A DNA stretch of 64,000 nucleotides from Patescibacteria group bacterium (GTDB lineage: Bacteria; Patescibacteriota; Patescibacteriia; UBA11705; DATKZF01): positions 16,012-80,011 of the forward strand of contig JBMORT010000006.1 in the NCBI GenBank assembly GCA_049319825.1, read 5' to 3'. This document shows, one piece after another, positions 47,378 through 58,086 of this stretch (position 1 is its first letter; the number at the start of each line of letters is the position of its first letter). The translations under genes and the position numbers were made by a program. Below the pieces are notes generated by a model. It was not told the DNA's origin, made no database searches, and was given only the letters and a program-made list of their open reading frames with translations.

Positions 47378-49186
47378 ATGGCAAATAATGATTCTCTCCT
47401 CGATAACCGCAAAGTTTTTTTGTATGTGTTGATTTCAATTTTAGTACTATTGGTTATCACCAATTGTGTTACGCTTTATTTTTTTATCACCAAAAGAGGT
47501 TCGCAGCCGGTGTTTGAGAAAAAGTCGCCAATGGCGATCGATCAAGTCTCGCCCACAGCGGACGTAGATTCAATGGCCACGCCGGATGCGAGCGAGTCGG
47601 TGTTAAACAATGAAGTGGTATCCGACGGCATGACCACCACCGAGAATGTGGATGTGGCGTGGTATGACGTCAGTTCTCTAAAAAATATCGGTGCGAAAGG
47701 TTTTTTTGGAGATAATTATGATGCGGTATTAAAAAAAGTCACCTCGAATTCAAAAATTGAAACGGCTTATAATAAAGACGCCATTGATAACTCGGAGTAT
47801 TTTAAAATCGGGAAGATTATCAGCGGCTCCTATAAAGATAAAGAGCTGTATTTGATATCGCCAATGATCGAAATGGCTCCCACTCAGTTTTTTCGGGTAA
47901 TTAAGAATGGCGATCAATATGTGGTATTATCCAAATATTCCGCGGAACTTTTCGGATTATATCTTTCCGTTTATACGGTTAATGACATGATCACCATCCG
48001 CAATCTGGAAACGCCTAATACGATCGGAATTCCAAACTCCTCCGTAAATTTGATCAAAGCCAATGCCGAGCGGTATTTGATGTTCCAAACCATTGAATCT
48101 TCGTCTTTAACCAAACTTTTCGAATATGCTCGTGGTCAGTATGTTTATAAGTATCATGTCTCTGAATTTGAAGTCTGCTTTTTAGCCATCGCTTCGGATG
48201 GAACCGTAAGAGAATATGAATTCGATATTTTAGGCGGAAGAAAATTAGGAGCCGAAGCTGCTCAGCTGCCCATTGTTTGGTCAAGTGGCGCTTCAAACAA
48301 ATATGAATTTTATAAGGGCAGCATCGGCGGTTGCGGTGTCGGGCGTTGTTATAACTACCCGGACAGTCTGACTGCAAACGATTTGGTCAAATCCGGAGTG
48401 CTTTCCGGAAAATATGATGTTTTTGAATTAAGGGAAGGCGCCTTGCTGAGCGACGGTGTATCTTATTTGCGCAGAATGTACGATGATTATTACCCCGGAT
48501 ATGATTCGGCGACCGACACAGCTTTGGAAAAAATACCTTACGAAACATTTATCAAGGAGCACCCGGTTATTTTCTGGAAAGATCCTTTCGGTGGTTATGC
48601 TGAATTTAGAAACATGAGTTTCATTCCCGCAGTCGAATGCGGTAAGCCGGTGATCTACCTGTATCCCGAAAAAGAAATGGATGTGACTGTAAAAGTTAAT
48701 CCTAATGGCGGATTCTCAGTCACTGAACCTGCGTATAATGGCGGCTGGCTGGTAAAAGCCACGCCAGAAGGAAATCTGTTCAATTATGCCGATAAAAAAT
48801 ATTATCCGTATCTGTTCTGGGAAGGCAAAGGCATGTTTTATCAGCGGCCGCAGCAAGGTTTTGTAGTGGCGAAAAAGGATGTTGAAAAATTTCTTTGGGA
48901 TAAATTGGCCCTGCTTGGATTAAATGAGAATGAATCAGCTGAATTCATCGAATTCTGGCTGCCGAGAATGCAAAATCGAAATTATTATTTCATCACTTTT
49001 GTGCCCCAGTCTCAGTTTGACCGGCTGGCGCCGCTTAGCGTCAGTCCGAAGCCGGATACGGTGATTCGCGTATTTATGGATTATGAAGGATTGGATCACC
49101 CGGTCAAAGTAGCTGCCCAAAAGATTGCCACTCCGGAGAGAAACGGCTTTACCGTGGTCGAATGGGGCGGTGCGCTGCATCAATAA
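47378..49186 (+). CDS. Membrane-anchored extracellular protein with C-terminal KPVIYLYP domain
   Basis: N-terminal TM helix; CGKPVIYLYP, YPYLFWEG, VVEWGG motifs. Confidence 0.75.
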   Translation: MANNDSLLDNRKVFLYVLISILVLLVITNCVTLYFFITKRGSQPVFEKKSPMAIDQVSPTADVDSMATPDASESVLNNEVVSDGMTTTENVDVAWYDVSSLKNIGAKGFFGDNYDAVLKKVTSNSKIETAYNKDAIDNSEYFKIGKIISGSYKDKELYLISPMIEMAPTQFFRVIKNGDQYVVLSKYSAELFGLYLSVYTVNDMITIRNLETPNTIGIPNSSVNLIKANAERYLMFQTIESSSLTKLFEYARGQYVYKYHVSEFEVCFLAIASDGTVREYEFDILGGRKLGAEAAQLPIVWSSGASNKYEFYKGSIGGCGVGRCYNYPDSLTANDLVKSGVLSGKYDVFELREGALLSDGVSYLRRMYDDYYPGYDSATDTALEKIPYETFIKEHPVIFWKDPFGGYAEFRNMSFIPAVECGKPVIYLYPEKEMDVTVKVNPNGGFSVTEPAYNGGWLVKATPEGNLFNYADKKYYPYLFWEGKGMFYQRPQQGFVVAKKDVEKFLWDKLALLGLNENESAEFIEFWLPRMQNRNYYFITFVPQSQFDRLAPLSVSPKPDTVIRVFMDYEGLDHPVKVAAQKIATPERNGFTVVEWGGALHQ

Positions 49187-50068
49187 ATGAAACCAAATTT
49201 TTTCAAAATAATTTTAGTGCCGGTGATCCTGCTTGTTTTAATTCAAGCAGGATTGCTGTTAATTTTAATATGCAAAGATCGGGAAGCTGTTGATTATGAT
49301 ACGGTGCACTTTTCGTTTATCAATGATAAAAAATTTTTCGATCAAGCTTACGAGCAGGCTGCCGATCAGGTCAGCAATCCGCCAGGCCGCATATATGCGG
49401 GAATCGTTCCGCATCATTTGATAGTCAAAGATAAGATTGCCGCGTTTTTTATCGGGCTGGAAAAGTTTGATTATGATACGGTCATTTTAATCGGTCCGAA
49501 TCATTATAATGCTGGCAATGCCAGAAGAATAGCTTCCGGCGCTGCTTGGAGTACCCCGTACGGCGTACTGGAGCCGGATTTGGAATTGATTGAAAAAATT
49601 ACCGGCGTCACCAGGGTCGCTATTGACGAATCCCCATTTGATGATGAGCACAGCATCTCAGGAATTGTGCCGTTTATTAAAAAAAGCTTGCCCGATGCCA
49701 AAGTCGTGCCGATTATCGTTAAGGATACTGTCAGCGCCAGCGAAGCCGAGTCATTGGCTGAAGTGATTTTTAATTTTGTCGATCCGGAAAAAACTTTAAT
49801 CTTGGTCAGCATTGATTTTTCGCATGATAAAACAGCTGAACCGGCTGACATCGATGATGAGATTAGCAATGAAGCGATTTTAAATGCGGATTTTGAGAAA
49901 ATATACAGTCTGGAGCTCGACTCTCGACCATCGGTTTATTTTATGGTAAGCTATTTACGGCTATTGGGAAAGAGCGAGGCAGAGCGAATTTTCCATACCA
50001 ATTCCGGCAAAATGCTCGGCAAGCCGAGTGAGCCGACCACCAGCCATCAAGTCTTTTACTTTTATTAA
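49187..50068 (+). CDS. MEMO1 / AmmeMemoRadiSam protein B family, membrane-anchored
   Basis: GIVPHH, GPNH, EHSI, SIDFSH. Confidence 0.85.
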   Translation: MKPNFFKIILVPVILLVLIQAGLLLILICKDREAVDYDTVHFSFINDKKFFDQAYEQAADQVSNPPGRIYAGIVPHHLIVKDKIAAFFIGLEKFDYDTVILIGPNHYNAGNARRIASGAAWSTPYGVLEPDLELIEKITGVTRVAIDESPFDDEHSISGIVPFIKKSLPDAKVVPIIVKDTVSASEAESLAEVIFNFVDPEKTLILVSIDFSHDKTAEPADIDDEISNEAILNADFEKIYSLELDSRPSVYFMVSYLRLLGKSEAERIFHTNSGKMLGKPSEPTTSHQVFYFY

Positions 50069-50117
50069 GTTCATCAAATCCCTAGTTTCCTGTTTCTATA
50101 TCCCAATTTCAATTTCA

Positions 50118-50193
50118 CGGGGCGTAGCGCAGTTGGTAGCGCGCAGCGTTCGGGACGCTGAGGCCGCTGGTTCAAGTCCAGTCGCCCCGACCA
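50118..50193 (+). tRNA. tRNA-Pro(CGG)
   Basis: Canonical cloverleaf, anticodon arm CAGCG-TTCGGGA-CGCTG, encoded CCA. Confidence 0.97.
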
Positions 50194-50195
50194 TT

Positions 50196-50280
50196 CTTCG
50201 CTCGATAGAGCGAAGAATGTCCTTCGACTTGTCCTCCGAAGCTCAAAAGAGCGAAGGAGGAAGCTTCAGCGAAGAAGGAC
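50196..50280. repeat. Nested REP-like palindromes downstream of tRNA-Pro
   Basis: CTTCGCTC-GATA-GAGCGAAG; TCCTTC..CCTCCGAAGCTC..GAGCGAAGGAGG..GAAGGA. Confidence 0.6.
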
Positions 50281-50634
50281 CGGTAGACTAGTTTATGCTG
50301 CTTTTATCGGAGCGAGCTTCGAATGGCGCGGCCATATAAAAGAGGAAGCTATTGCGAAGAACGACAAGATTATCATGGAACACGTAACACATAGCACATA
50401 ACACATAACATGGCAGAAATACGATAAACGAAAAACGAGATTAGGCAGCAGGCAGTAGCTTGTCGCGTTAATATTGCCTATTGCCTTTCGTATCTCGCCT
50501 GCCAACCGTAGCCGTAGCGAAGGCTGGTGTTTCGTCTTTCAACTGTAAACTTGTTTCTGAATCGTCCGTCATTTGACAGCGTTTTTTTGTCGATTAAAAT
50601 ACGATATTGGCAATTACCAGAAAGGAGATGGTAG

Positions 50635-51159
50635 ATGAAGATAGTCGCCATTGTTATGGGCTATGGTTGTCATCTGAGCGCTGGCCTGAAAGCCTATTTG
50701 GACGTGGTGGTGAATTTTGCCAAATATAACCAGCTGGTCGCGATCATTTGCAGTGGCGGCTTTACGAATCAAAAAAGCGCTCCCGGCATCAGCGAGGCGA
50801 GCGTGCTGGCCGGCTATTTACGGCATTGCGGGGTTTTCCAGCCCATATACCTCGACGAATCAGCCAGAACTACGTCTGAGAATCTTTACGGCGCCCGAAG
50901 GGTCATGGCGGAAAAGAGTCTGAGGCCGGACAGGATCGTCATATTCTGCGATACGGCCCGGGCCATGAAAGTCAGGATTCTGGCCAGGCTGATTTTGGGA
51001 AATTGGCCATTGATCATTACCTATGATTTGAGTAAAAGAAAAGTTGAGTGGTTGAAGCAAACGATGATCGCGACCCCGCTTGACGTGGCCGGCATGGCCA
51101 TTCCGGAGATTAGGCGGGCGATGTTGCGGCGAAGGCAAAAATTTATGGCGAAAAGCTAA
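50635..51159 (+). CDS. YdcF/DUF218 family protein
   Basis: IVMGYG, IICSGG, SEA, E.ARTTSEN motifs; AAGGAG SD. Confidence 0.8.
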   Translation: MKIVAIVMGYGCHLSAGLKAYLDVVVNFAKYNQLVAIICSGGFTNQKSAPGISEASVLAGYLRHCGVFQPIYLDESARTTSENLYGARRVMAEKSLRPDRIVIFCDTARAMKVRILARLILGNWPLIITYDLSKRKVEWLKQTMIATPLDVAGMAIPEIRRAMLRRRQKFMAKS

Positions 51160-51213
51160 AGGCTTACGATAAAATCACGGGCCTTTTATTATATGGTTAT
51201 AACCACAAACATT

Positions 51214-52236
51214 ATGTCCAATAAAATCATTGAAAAATATTTCAGCCAGGCGAATTTTGCTGACAGGGAAGAAGAAGTTCTGCGTCAAGTGCTTACGGAA
51301 ACGGGTTTTAAGATTGAAAAAGAAATTTTCCGCGGTGTCATTTACAAAAAAGAAAAAGTGGGCAGCTTGATTTATAAAGGTGAATATCAGGGGCGGCCGG
51401 CTGTGTTAAAGCTTCAGGGATTAAAACCAGAAGTCGAAGAAGCGGAAATTTTAAAAAGGTTTCTCGATCAAAACGGCAGCGCCAAAGTTCGGGTGCCGGC
51501 TCTTTACGCTTCTCAAGGATGGGATGAAGCTACGGGGTATTGTTATTTGATCACTGAATATATTGACGCCCCGAAGATTTTTGAAATGCCTTTCGCCAGC
51601 AATGAGGAGACGAGAGACTTTGCCGATTTTTATCAGGAATACAGAACTTCCGTTTTGACCAAACCATGGCTCGAGTCGGAGAGTTTGGACGCGGTTAAGT
51701 TTTCAATGGATAGGGTGGAAAATTGGCAAAAAATTTCAGAATCAGTCAGCCGATTAAAGAAGGAAGACTATGAGCCATATTTAGAGAAGTATAAAGAATT
51801 AGCGGCAAAGCATTTCGCGTCAGTGCCCATGGTTTTTTCTCACGGCCATCTGACGGCCGATGACATTTATAAAATGCCCAATGGGCAATATGTCATTTTG
51901 TCGAATTTGTTTTGGTCATATCGGCCCGAGTGGTATGATTTGGCGTTTAATATTTGGGCGTGTTTGCTTAAAATCAGAGACGTTAATTACAGTTTTGAAG
52001 AAATGATTGAATACGTGAATAAATGGCTCGATGTTTATAGACAGATTCCTGTTGTTAAACTAGATCCTGATTTTGAAAGGAAAATGCGCGTTTTGCTTTT
52101 GGAAAGAACCATGGGCTCAATTTTAGTTGATTTGGGCGCTGGAGATTTTTATGGCGAAGAGAAAAACAAAAAATACTTTGATCATTTATTAAAACTTCAT
52201 CAGCGGTTTTTTAATTATTTAGCCGAAAAGCTTTAA
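51214..52236 (+). CDS. APH/choline-kinase-like fold protein with altered catalytic residues
   Basis: AVLK, VP.LY, LITEYI, FSHGHL (vs HGDL), YDLA. Confidence 0.65.
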   Translation: MSNKIIEKYFSQANFADREEEVLRQVLTETGFKIEKEIFRGVIYKKEKVGSLIYKGEYQGRPAVLKLQGLKPEVEEAEILKRFLDQNGSAKVRVPALYASQGWDEATGYCYLITEYIDAPKIFEMPFASNEETRDFADFYQEYRTSVLTKPWLESESLDAVKFSMDRVENWQKISESVSRLKKEDYEPYLEKYKELAAKHFASVPMVFSHGHLTADDIYKMPNGQYVILSNLFWSYRPEWYDLAFNIWACLLKIRDVNYSFEEMIEYVNKWLDVYRQIPVVKLDPDFERKMRVLLLERTMGSILVDLGAGDFYGEEKNKKYFDHLLKLHQRFFNYLAEKL

Positions 52237-52245
52237 AAAAATAAC

Positions 52246-52281
52246 ACCGCCGAACAAGTAGATTGTCCGGCGGTTTTTTTT
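52246..52281 (+). terminator. Intrinsic terminator
   Basis: ACCGCCG..CGGCGGT followed by a T run. Confidence 0.7.
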
Positions 52282-52312
52282 GATTAATGTTGAGGATGGA
52301 GGTGGAAGTGGG

Positions 52313-52633
52313 TTAGTCGTCGGTGGGATCGAAGTCCTTCATGTCCTTTCTGGCTGCCAGCCAGAGAATGGCCAGGGAGAGGAAGGCTGTGATGGCGAAG
52401 GGGATGGCGAGGTTGAGGAGGGCCAGGCCGGCGCCGTAGATGTTCGGCATGGTATTGGTTCCCATGCCCAACGCCGGGGCCAGCCAATGGATCCATCCGA
52501 TGCAGAAGCCCACGAAAAGGGCGGGGAAGAAGCCGATCGACAGCCATGCCGCCAGCTTGACCGGCAGCATTTTCTTGAAAGCCTCGAGCATTTTTTCCAG
52601 GCCACAGGTCAGCATCTCGTTCAGATATTTCAT
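52313..52633 (-). CDS. Small GC-rich membrane protein (2 TM)
   Basis: Two hydrophobic segments; AAGGA SD; promoter TTGACA-16-TATAAT at 52749-52776; start codon uncertain. Confidence 0.6.
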   Translation of the reverse strand: MKYLNEMLTCGLEKMLEAFKKMLPVKLAAWLSIGFFPALFVGFCIGWIHWLAPALGMGTNTMPNIYGAGLALLNLAIPFAITAFLSLAILWLAARKDMKDFDPTDD

Positions 52634-52872
52634 TGTGTCCATCCTTGTCGAAGTTGAATGATGCCGAGTAGCCACCTGCTCTCGTTTTTAGCTGATTTTA
52701 TTGCTAAAAAACAGATAAAAACCAAAGCAGATTTTTAAATCATATAACATTATATCATTAAAATTTATTTTGTCAATGAAATAAATTATTTTTTCGCTAA
52801 AATTAGTTATTTAATATATTGCGCTAAATTTTATAAAATAGTATAATATGGCTATAATAAATAAGATTTTTT

Positions 52873-53304
52873 ATGCAAATTCAATCTCCGTCCTTTTCTC
52901 AAGACCGGCCCATTCCGTCAAAATTCACTTGCGACGGTGAAAACATTAACCCTGAATTATTAATTGCTGATGTCCCTGAAAATGCCCTGAGTTTGGCATT
53001 GATCTTCGATGACCCGGATTCGCCCAGCGGCACTTGGACTCACTGGACAGTGTGGAACATTGATCCGAAGATTTCAAGTATTGCGGAAAACTCGATTCCA
53101 GGAATAGAAGGCGTAACGAGTTTCGGCGATGTCAAATACGGCGGCCCTTGCCCGGGATCCGGCGAGCATCGCTATGTATTTAAGCTTTATGCCTTGGATG
53201 CCAAGCTTGAACTGGAATCAGGCGCTGATGTTAATGCTCTTTTAAAATCAATGGAAGGGCATATCTTGGAGCAGGCAGAGGTGATGGGAGTGTACGCACG
53301 GTAA
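52873..53304 (+). CDS. YbhB/YbcL (PEBP) family protein
   Basis: DDPDSP, WTHW, YGGPCP, HRYVFKLYALD. Confidence 0.92.
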   Translation: MQIQSPSFSQDRPIPSKFTCDGENINPELLIADVPENALSLALIFDDPDSPSGTWTHWTVWNIDPKISSIAENSIPGIEGVTSFGDVKYGGPCPGSGEHRYVFKLYALDAKLELESGADVNALLKSMEGHILEQAEVMGVYAR

Positions 53305-53445
53305 ATTCTAAATCCGAATCCCTCGACTACGCTCAAGACAAATATCGAAATTCAAAACAATATTTAAATTCCAAATAGGGTTTTTGAAGAATTGAGATTT
53401 CGATATTAGGATTTGTTTAGAATTTAGGGTTTAGATATTAGATTT
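53305..53445. repeat. Inverted array of heptamer-like repeats
   Basis: AAATTCTAAATCC.. units followed by ..TTTAGAATTTAGGGTTTAGATATTAG units. Confidence 0.6.
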
Positions 53446-53447
53446 TT

Positions 53448-54608
53448 ATGAAACGAGGCATCGCCACCTTTACTTTAGACACCGGCAAGTGCCCGAAATG
53501 GCTTTTCGAGCGCATGGTTAAGCTTGGCCGGGAAATGTCCGAAGTGCTGGTGGCTGAATACGGGCCTGATGAATTTATAAAAAGAATGGCTGATCCGGTT
53601 TGGTTTCAATCTTTGGGAACTGTTTTAGCTTTTGATTGGAACGCCAGCGGCCTGACGACCATTTTAACGGCCGCGCTCAAAGAAGCGATTCGCGGCCAGG
53701 AAGAGCAGCTGGGTGTTTTTATTTGCGGCGGCAAAGGCAAGACGTCGAGAAAAACTCCGGAACAAATTACGAATTGGGGCTGGCGGCTGAGATTGCCCAA
53801 GCAGCATACGGAAAATCTGGTTTACAATTCGCGCATGAGCGCCAAAGTGGACAGCTCTTTGATTCAGGACGGCTATCAAATTTACCATCACACTTTCTTT
53901 TTTTCAAAAAATGGCGCCTGGACAGTGGTTCAGCAAGGCATGAATCAGGAAACTCAGTCCGCCCGGCGCTACCACTGGCATTCGGATAATGTTAAAGACT
54001 TGATCGTCGAACCGCACACCGGCATCGCTTCGCAGCTTTTTGATACAACGGATAAGACATTGAATATGACCGCGCAAAAGTCTGACCAGAGCCGCAATCT
54101 TTCCATTGAAATGGTCAATTCCAGCTTTCAAACAGTGATGAAAGATATTCAGCTGCTCAGGAAGCATTCTTCAAGCCTGTCTCAGATGTTGGGTTTAAAA
54201 AAAGGCCAGCAGGAATTCACTTTTTTGAATTTGGAAGACAGAGAGTTTCGATCTCATCCGGTAATTTTTGAAGATTTTTCAAAGAGCAAATATCTGGAAA
54301 AAATTTTATGGCAGGTGTGCGACCAGAAGCCGGAAAGTTACGAGAAATTTTTGGCCATGGAAGGTGTCGGTCCGAAAACGGTCAGAGCCTTGGCTTTGGT
54401 GGGCGAGGTGATTTACGGAGCAGATCCTTCGTATGAAGATCCGGCGCGCTACAGCTTCGCCCATGGCGGCAAAGACAGCACGCCATATCCGGTTGATTGC
54501 GATACTTTTGACCAGAGCATTGAAATTTTGCGCCGCGCCGTGCAAAAGACCAAGCTTGACGCTTCAGAAAAAAATAAAGCGGTTAAAAGATTGATTAATG
54601 CGAAATAA
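53448..54608 (+). CDS. DUF763 family protein
   Basis: DPVWFQSLG, DW.ASGLTT, GGKG..SRKTP, AKVD, VQQGMN, ARRYHW, AHGGKD..PYPV. Confidence 0.88.
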   Translation: MKRGIATFTLDTGKCPKWLFERMVKLGREMSEVLVAEYGPDEFIKRMADPVWFQSLGTVLAFDWNASGLTTILTAALKEAIRGQEEQLGVFICGGKGKTSRKTPEQITNWGWRLRLPKQHTENLVYNSRMSAKVDSSLIQDGYQIYHHTFFFSKNGAWTVVQQGMNQETQSARRYHWHSDNVKDLIVEPHTGIASQLFDTTDKTLNMTAQKSDQSRNLSIEMVNSSFQTVMKDIQLLRKHSSSLSQMLGLKKGQQEFTFLNLEDREFRSHPVIFEDFSKSKYLEKILWQVCDQKPESYEKFLAMEGVGPKTVRALALVGEVIYGADPSYEDPARYSFAHGGKDSTPYPVDCDTFDQSIEILRRAVQKTKLDASEKNKAVKRLINAK

Positions 54609-54637
54609 AAAAACCGCGAAAAGTGTTTCGCGGACAA

Positions 54638-54850
54638 TTAAAATATTTCTTTGGGCTTTCCCGGCACTTGCGTGTGCTCTTCGATTTCGCGAAGCCGCTC
54701 AGCCAGGGCCAGGCATCTTGAATTTCTGCATGTTTTGAGATGATTGATGATTTCCTCATGAGAAACAGTATCTCCGCCAAGCGGAATGCGTTTAAATGCA
54801 TTGGCTTTTATCAGATTTTGAAATTGTTCGATAACTGTGCAGGATACCAT
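54638..54850 (-). CDS. Small putative zinc-binding protein (zf-HC2-like)
   Basis: N-terminal Cys plus HLKTCRNSRC; AGGAGG SD; promoter at 54887-54915. Confidence 0.55.
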   Translation of the reverse strand: MVSCTVIEQFQNLIKANAFKRIPLGGDTVSHEEIINHLKTCRNSRCLALAERLREIEEHTQVPGKPKEIF

Positions 54851-54919
54851 GTGTCCTCCTTGTGCCTCGCTTATTATTTGCATATAATATTATATAAGTA
54901 ACGGATAAATGTCAAAGGT

Positions 54920-55160
54920 TATCAAGTAGCATGTGAATTTAGCTTGTAGGTGGTAGCTTGTAGGATATGGTAGGGATACGTTAACGAAATTCGTTATGTC
55001 GAAATTCGATTCTCATGTTTCATTTCTCGTTCTCAACAATCAGCAATTAACAATTAACAATTAACCTCGTAACGTCGTAACCTCATAACATCTTAACCAT
55101 TTTTCCTTCTAACGCCTTTAATGTATTTAACGTATTTAATCTTTAACGCATTTAACGCAC
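54920..55160. repeat. Mosaic of short degenerate 7-9 bp repeats
   Basis: TAGCTTG, CAATTAA x3, CCTCGTAA and TTTAACG series. Confidence 0.6.
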
Positions 55161-55165
55161 ACCAT

Positions 55166-55783
55166 ATGAAAATTATTTTTGCCACTCACAACCAAGGCAA
55201 AGTCAAAGAAATGAAAGAGATTTTAAATGATTCAAAGATCTTTTTTGAAATAATTACCTTAGACGAGGCCGGCATTAAAGATGAAATTGTTGAAGACGGC
55301 AAAACAATTGAAGATAATGCCTTGAAAAAGGCCAGAGAAATTTCCAAAAAGACAGGCGAGTGGGCGATCGGAGAAGACTCCGGTATTTTTATTACCGCGC
55401 TCGACGGTCTGCCCGGAGTGAAGACCGCGCGCTGGGGAGATGAAGACGGAATTAACCATGAACGTTTATATGAGTATTGCCTTGATCAAATGATCAATGT
55501 CCCCGCCGGAAAAAGGCAGGCATCTTTTGAAACAGCGTTGGCTTTGGTGTCTCCCGACGGGAATGAATGGATGTTTAAAGGTCAAATTGACGGGGTGATC
55601 GCCGAGCAGCCAAAGGGCGAGCCGCGGTCGGGTCTGCCTTATGACATGGTATTTATTCCCGAAGGATATGAAACCACCTTCGCGGAGATGACTGACGAAG
55701 AAAAAAACGCCTTGAGCCACCGGGGAAAAGCATTCAGGGACTTTGCTAAATTTTTAAAGATAAAAGGTTCTTTATTAAAATAA
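55166..55783 (+). CDS. rdgB: Non-canonical purine NTP pyrophosphatase (RdgB/HAM1)
   Basis: ATHNQGK, NALKKA, EDSG, KNALSHRG. Confidence 0.92.
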   Translation: MKIIFATHNQGKVKEMKEILNDSKIFFEIITLDEAGIKDEIVEDGKTIEDNALKKAREISKKTGEWAIGEDSGIFITALDGLPGVKTARWGDEDGINHERLYEYCLDQMINVPAGKRQASFETALALVSPDGNEWMFKGQIDGVIAEQPKGEPRSGLPYDMVFIPEGYETTFAEMTDEEKNALSHRGKAFRDFAKFLKIKGSLLK

Positions 55784-55784
55784 T

Positions 55785-56255
55785 ATGAAAATCAAAATCA
55801 ATTATTTTTTAATCCCGCTTATCGTGCTGGCTGTTTCTGTTATCGGCAGCTTTTTAACCAGTTCGGGAATGGATTGGTATGATACGATAAATCTGCCGTC
55901 ATTCACGCCGCCGGGTTCAGTAATCGGCGCTGTCTGGACAGTGATTTTTATTCTCAGCGCCATCTCAGCCTTGATCGTTTGGAACAAAACAAAGCATGAT
56001 AATATTTTTCGAGTTATTGTCGTTGTGTTTTTAATCAATGCTTTTTTAAATGTATTATGGAGCGCGCTATATTTTAATCAGCAGATGATTTTTGAATCGT
56101 TAATAGAAATTTTTGTATTGAATGTTACGAACTTGGCTCTGATAATATTGATTTGGTTCAGATCAAAGGCGGCAGCTATTTTGTTAATGCCTTATTTTGG
56201 CTGGGTAAGTTTCGCCTCATATTTGTTATTCAACATTTGGCAGCTTAACCGATAA
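55785..56255 (+). CDS. tspO: TspO/MBR family tryptophan-rich sensory protein
   Basis: WY..I..PSFTPP, VWT, LN..WS..YF, PY..WVSFA. Confidence 0.9.
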   Translation: MKIKINYFLIPLIVLAVSVIGSFLTSSGMDWYDTINLPSFTPPGSVIGAVWTVIFILSAISALIVWNKTKHDNIFRVIVVVFLINAFLNVLWSALYFNQQMIFESLIEIFVLNVTNLALIILIWFRSKAAAILLMPYFGWVSFASYLLFNIWQLNR

Positions 56256-56299
56256 CTGTTATAATAATAAAAAGCAATATAAATAATTAATCGGAAATT

Positions 56300-56518
56300 A
56301 TGAAAAAGATGAACGCTTTGGATTGGATTGCTCTGATTTTAACCGTCGTCGGCGGTTTGAATTGGGGTTTGGTCGGCGTTTTCAAGTTTGACTTGGTGGC
56401 GACGATTTTTGGGGGGGCGGAAGCGCTTCTTGCCAGAATCGTTTACACTCTTGTCGGCATCGCGGCCATTTATTTGATCATTGCCGCTGCGGCCAAATCT
56501 GGCAAGCAGCAGATGTAA
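56300..56518 (+). CDS. DUF378 family membrane protein
   Basis: GGLNWGLVG..FDLV..IFG, RIVY.LVG. Confidence 0.9.
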   Translation: MKKMNALDWIALILTVVGGLNWGLVGVFKFDLVATIFGGAEALLARIVYTLVGIAAIYLIIAAAAKSGKQQM

Positions 56519-56534
56519 TCCATTCAATCCCGGG

Positions 56535-56560
56535 GAAGCGGCACTTTTGCCGCTTCTTTT
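56535..56560 (+). terminator. Intrinsic terminator
   Basis: GAAGCGGCA-CTTT-TGCCGCTTC-TTTT. Confidence 0.65.
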
Positions 56561-56590
56561 ATTTTAAAAGTTGAAGTAAAATATCAGTAT

Positions 56591-57943
56591 ATGATGGAAA
56601 AAAGAGTCAGACAATTAAATAAAAATGACTATCGAAAAGGCCCGATAGTTTATTGGATGTCCAGAGATCAAAGAGCGGCTGACAATTGGGCGATTTTATT
56701 CTCACAAAAATTGGCTAAAGAAAAAAATGTACCAATGGCCGTTGTTTTTTGTTTAGTGCCGGCATATTTAGGCGCGACCATCCGGCAATACGGTTTTATG
56801 CTCAAAGGCTTAAAAGAAGTTGAGTTGAATTTGAAAAAGAAAAAAATCCCATTTTATCTTTTAGAGGGAGATCCTGTGATTGAAATTTCGAAATTTGTGA
56901 AAAATTATAAAATTGGAGCGCTGGTATCTGATTTTGATCCTCTTAAGATTAAGTTAAAATGGAAAAATGATGTTAAAAAACGAATTGATGTGCCTTTTTT
57001 TGAAGTTGACGCGCACAATATCGTGCCCGTCTGGGAAGCATCGCCCAAACAGGAGTTCGGTGCATATACTATTCGACCGAAAATAAAAAAGTTGCTACCG
57101 GTTTTTTTGCATCAATTTCCGGCGGTTAAAAAGCAGACGATCAATTGGCCGCATCCGGTTAAAAAAATTGTTTGGAATCGATTAAAGTTGAATATTGACC
57201 ATGAAATGAAAGAAGCTGACTGGATTGAGCCGGGCGAAGCGGCCGCGAAGAGATCATTGAATCATTTTATAAAAAATAAACTCAGCGATTATTCCGCTGC
57301 TCGAAACGACCCGACCCGAGACGGCCAGTCAAATTTATCGCCCTACCTTCATTTCGGACAGCTGTCAGCACAGCGGGTGGCGATGGAAGTGGCAAAGGCA
57401 AAGGTTGCAAGTGAAAAGTTTAAAGCGGAATTTTTAGAAGAGCTGATTGTCAGAAGGGAATTGGCGGATAATTTTTGTTTTTACAATGGAAAATATGATC
57501 GGTTTGAAGGTTTTCCTGCTTGGGCGAAAAAGACGCTGAATTTGCACCGAAGAGACAAAAGGCAATTTGTATATTCGAGGGGCATTTTTGAAAAAGCCAA
57601 AACTCATGATGATCTGTGGAACGCAGCGCAAATGGAAATGGTCAAGCGAGGCAAAATGCACGGTTATCTGCGGATGTACTGGGCGAAAAAGATTCTGGAG
57701 TGGTCGAAAACTCCGGAACAGGCGCTGCGACTCGCCGTATATTTGAATGACAAATACGAGCTTGATGGCCGCGATCCCAATGGCTATACCGGAATCGCCT
57801 GGTCGATCGGCGGCGTGCATGATCGGGCTTGGGGCGAGCGGCCGATATTTGGCAAAATCCGATTTATGAGCTATAATGGGGCGAAGTCGAAGTTTGATGT
57901 AAAAAAGTATATTGGAATGGTTGAAAAAAATATTGATGGCTGA
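56591..57943 (+). CDS. phr: Class II CPD photolyase
   Basis: [52 protein letters not shown]. Confidence 0.93.
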   Translation: MMEKRVRQLNKNDYRKGPIVYWMSRDQRAADNWAILFSQKLAKEKNVPMAVVFCLVPAYLGATIRQYGFMLKGLKEVELNLKKKKIPFYLLEGDPVIEISKFVKNYKIGALVSDFDPLKIKLKWKNDVKKRIDVPFFEVDAHNIVPVWEASPKQEFGAYTIRPKIKKLLPVFLHQFPAVKKQTINWPHPVKKIVWNRLKLNIDHEMKEADWIEPGEAAAKRSLNHFIKNKLSDYSAARNDPTRDGQSNLSPYLHFGQLSAQRVAMEVAKAKVASEKFKAEFLEELIVRRELADNFCFYNGKYDRFEGFPAWAKKTLNLHRRDKRQFVYSRGIFEKAKTHDDLWNAAQMEMVKRGKMHGYLRMYWAKKILEWSKTPEQALRLAVYLNDKYELDGRDPNGYTGIAWSIGGVHDRAWGERPIFGKIRFMSYNGAKSKFDVKKYIGMVEKNIDG

Positions 57944-58010
57944 TTGTTAATCGTTGATTCAAGTTACCTGTTGCGTGCCAGGTGATCCAAGGCGCATGCT
58001 TCATGACTAA

Positions 58011-58086
58011 GGGCTGATAGCTCAGTTGGTAGAGCGCTGCGTTCGCATCGCAGAGGTCAGGGGTTCGACTCCCCTTCAGTCCACCA
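58011..58086 (+). tRNA. tRNA-Ala(CGC)
   Basis: G3:U70 pair, anticodon arm CTGCG-TTCGCAT-CGCAG, CCA. Confidence 0.97.
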
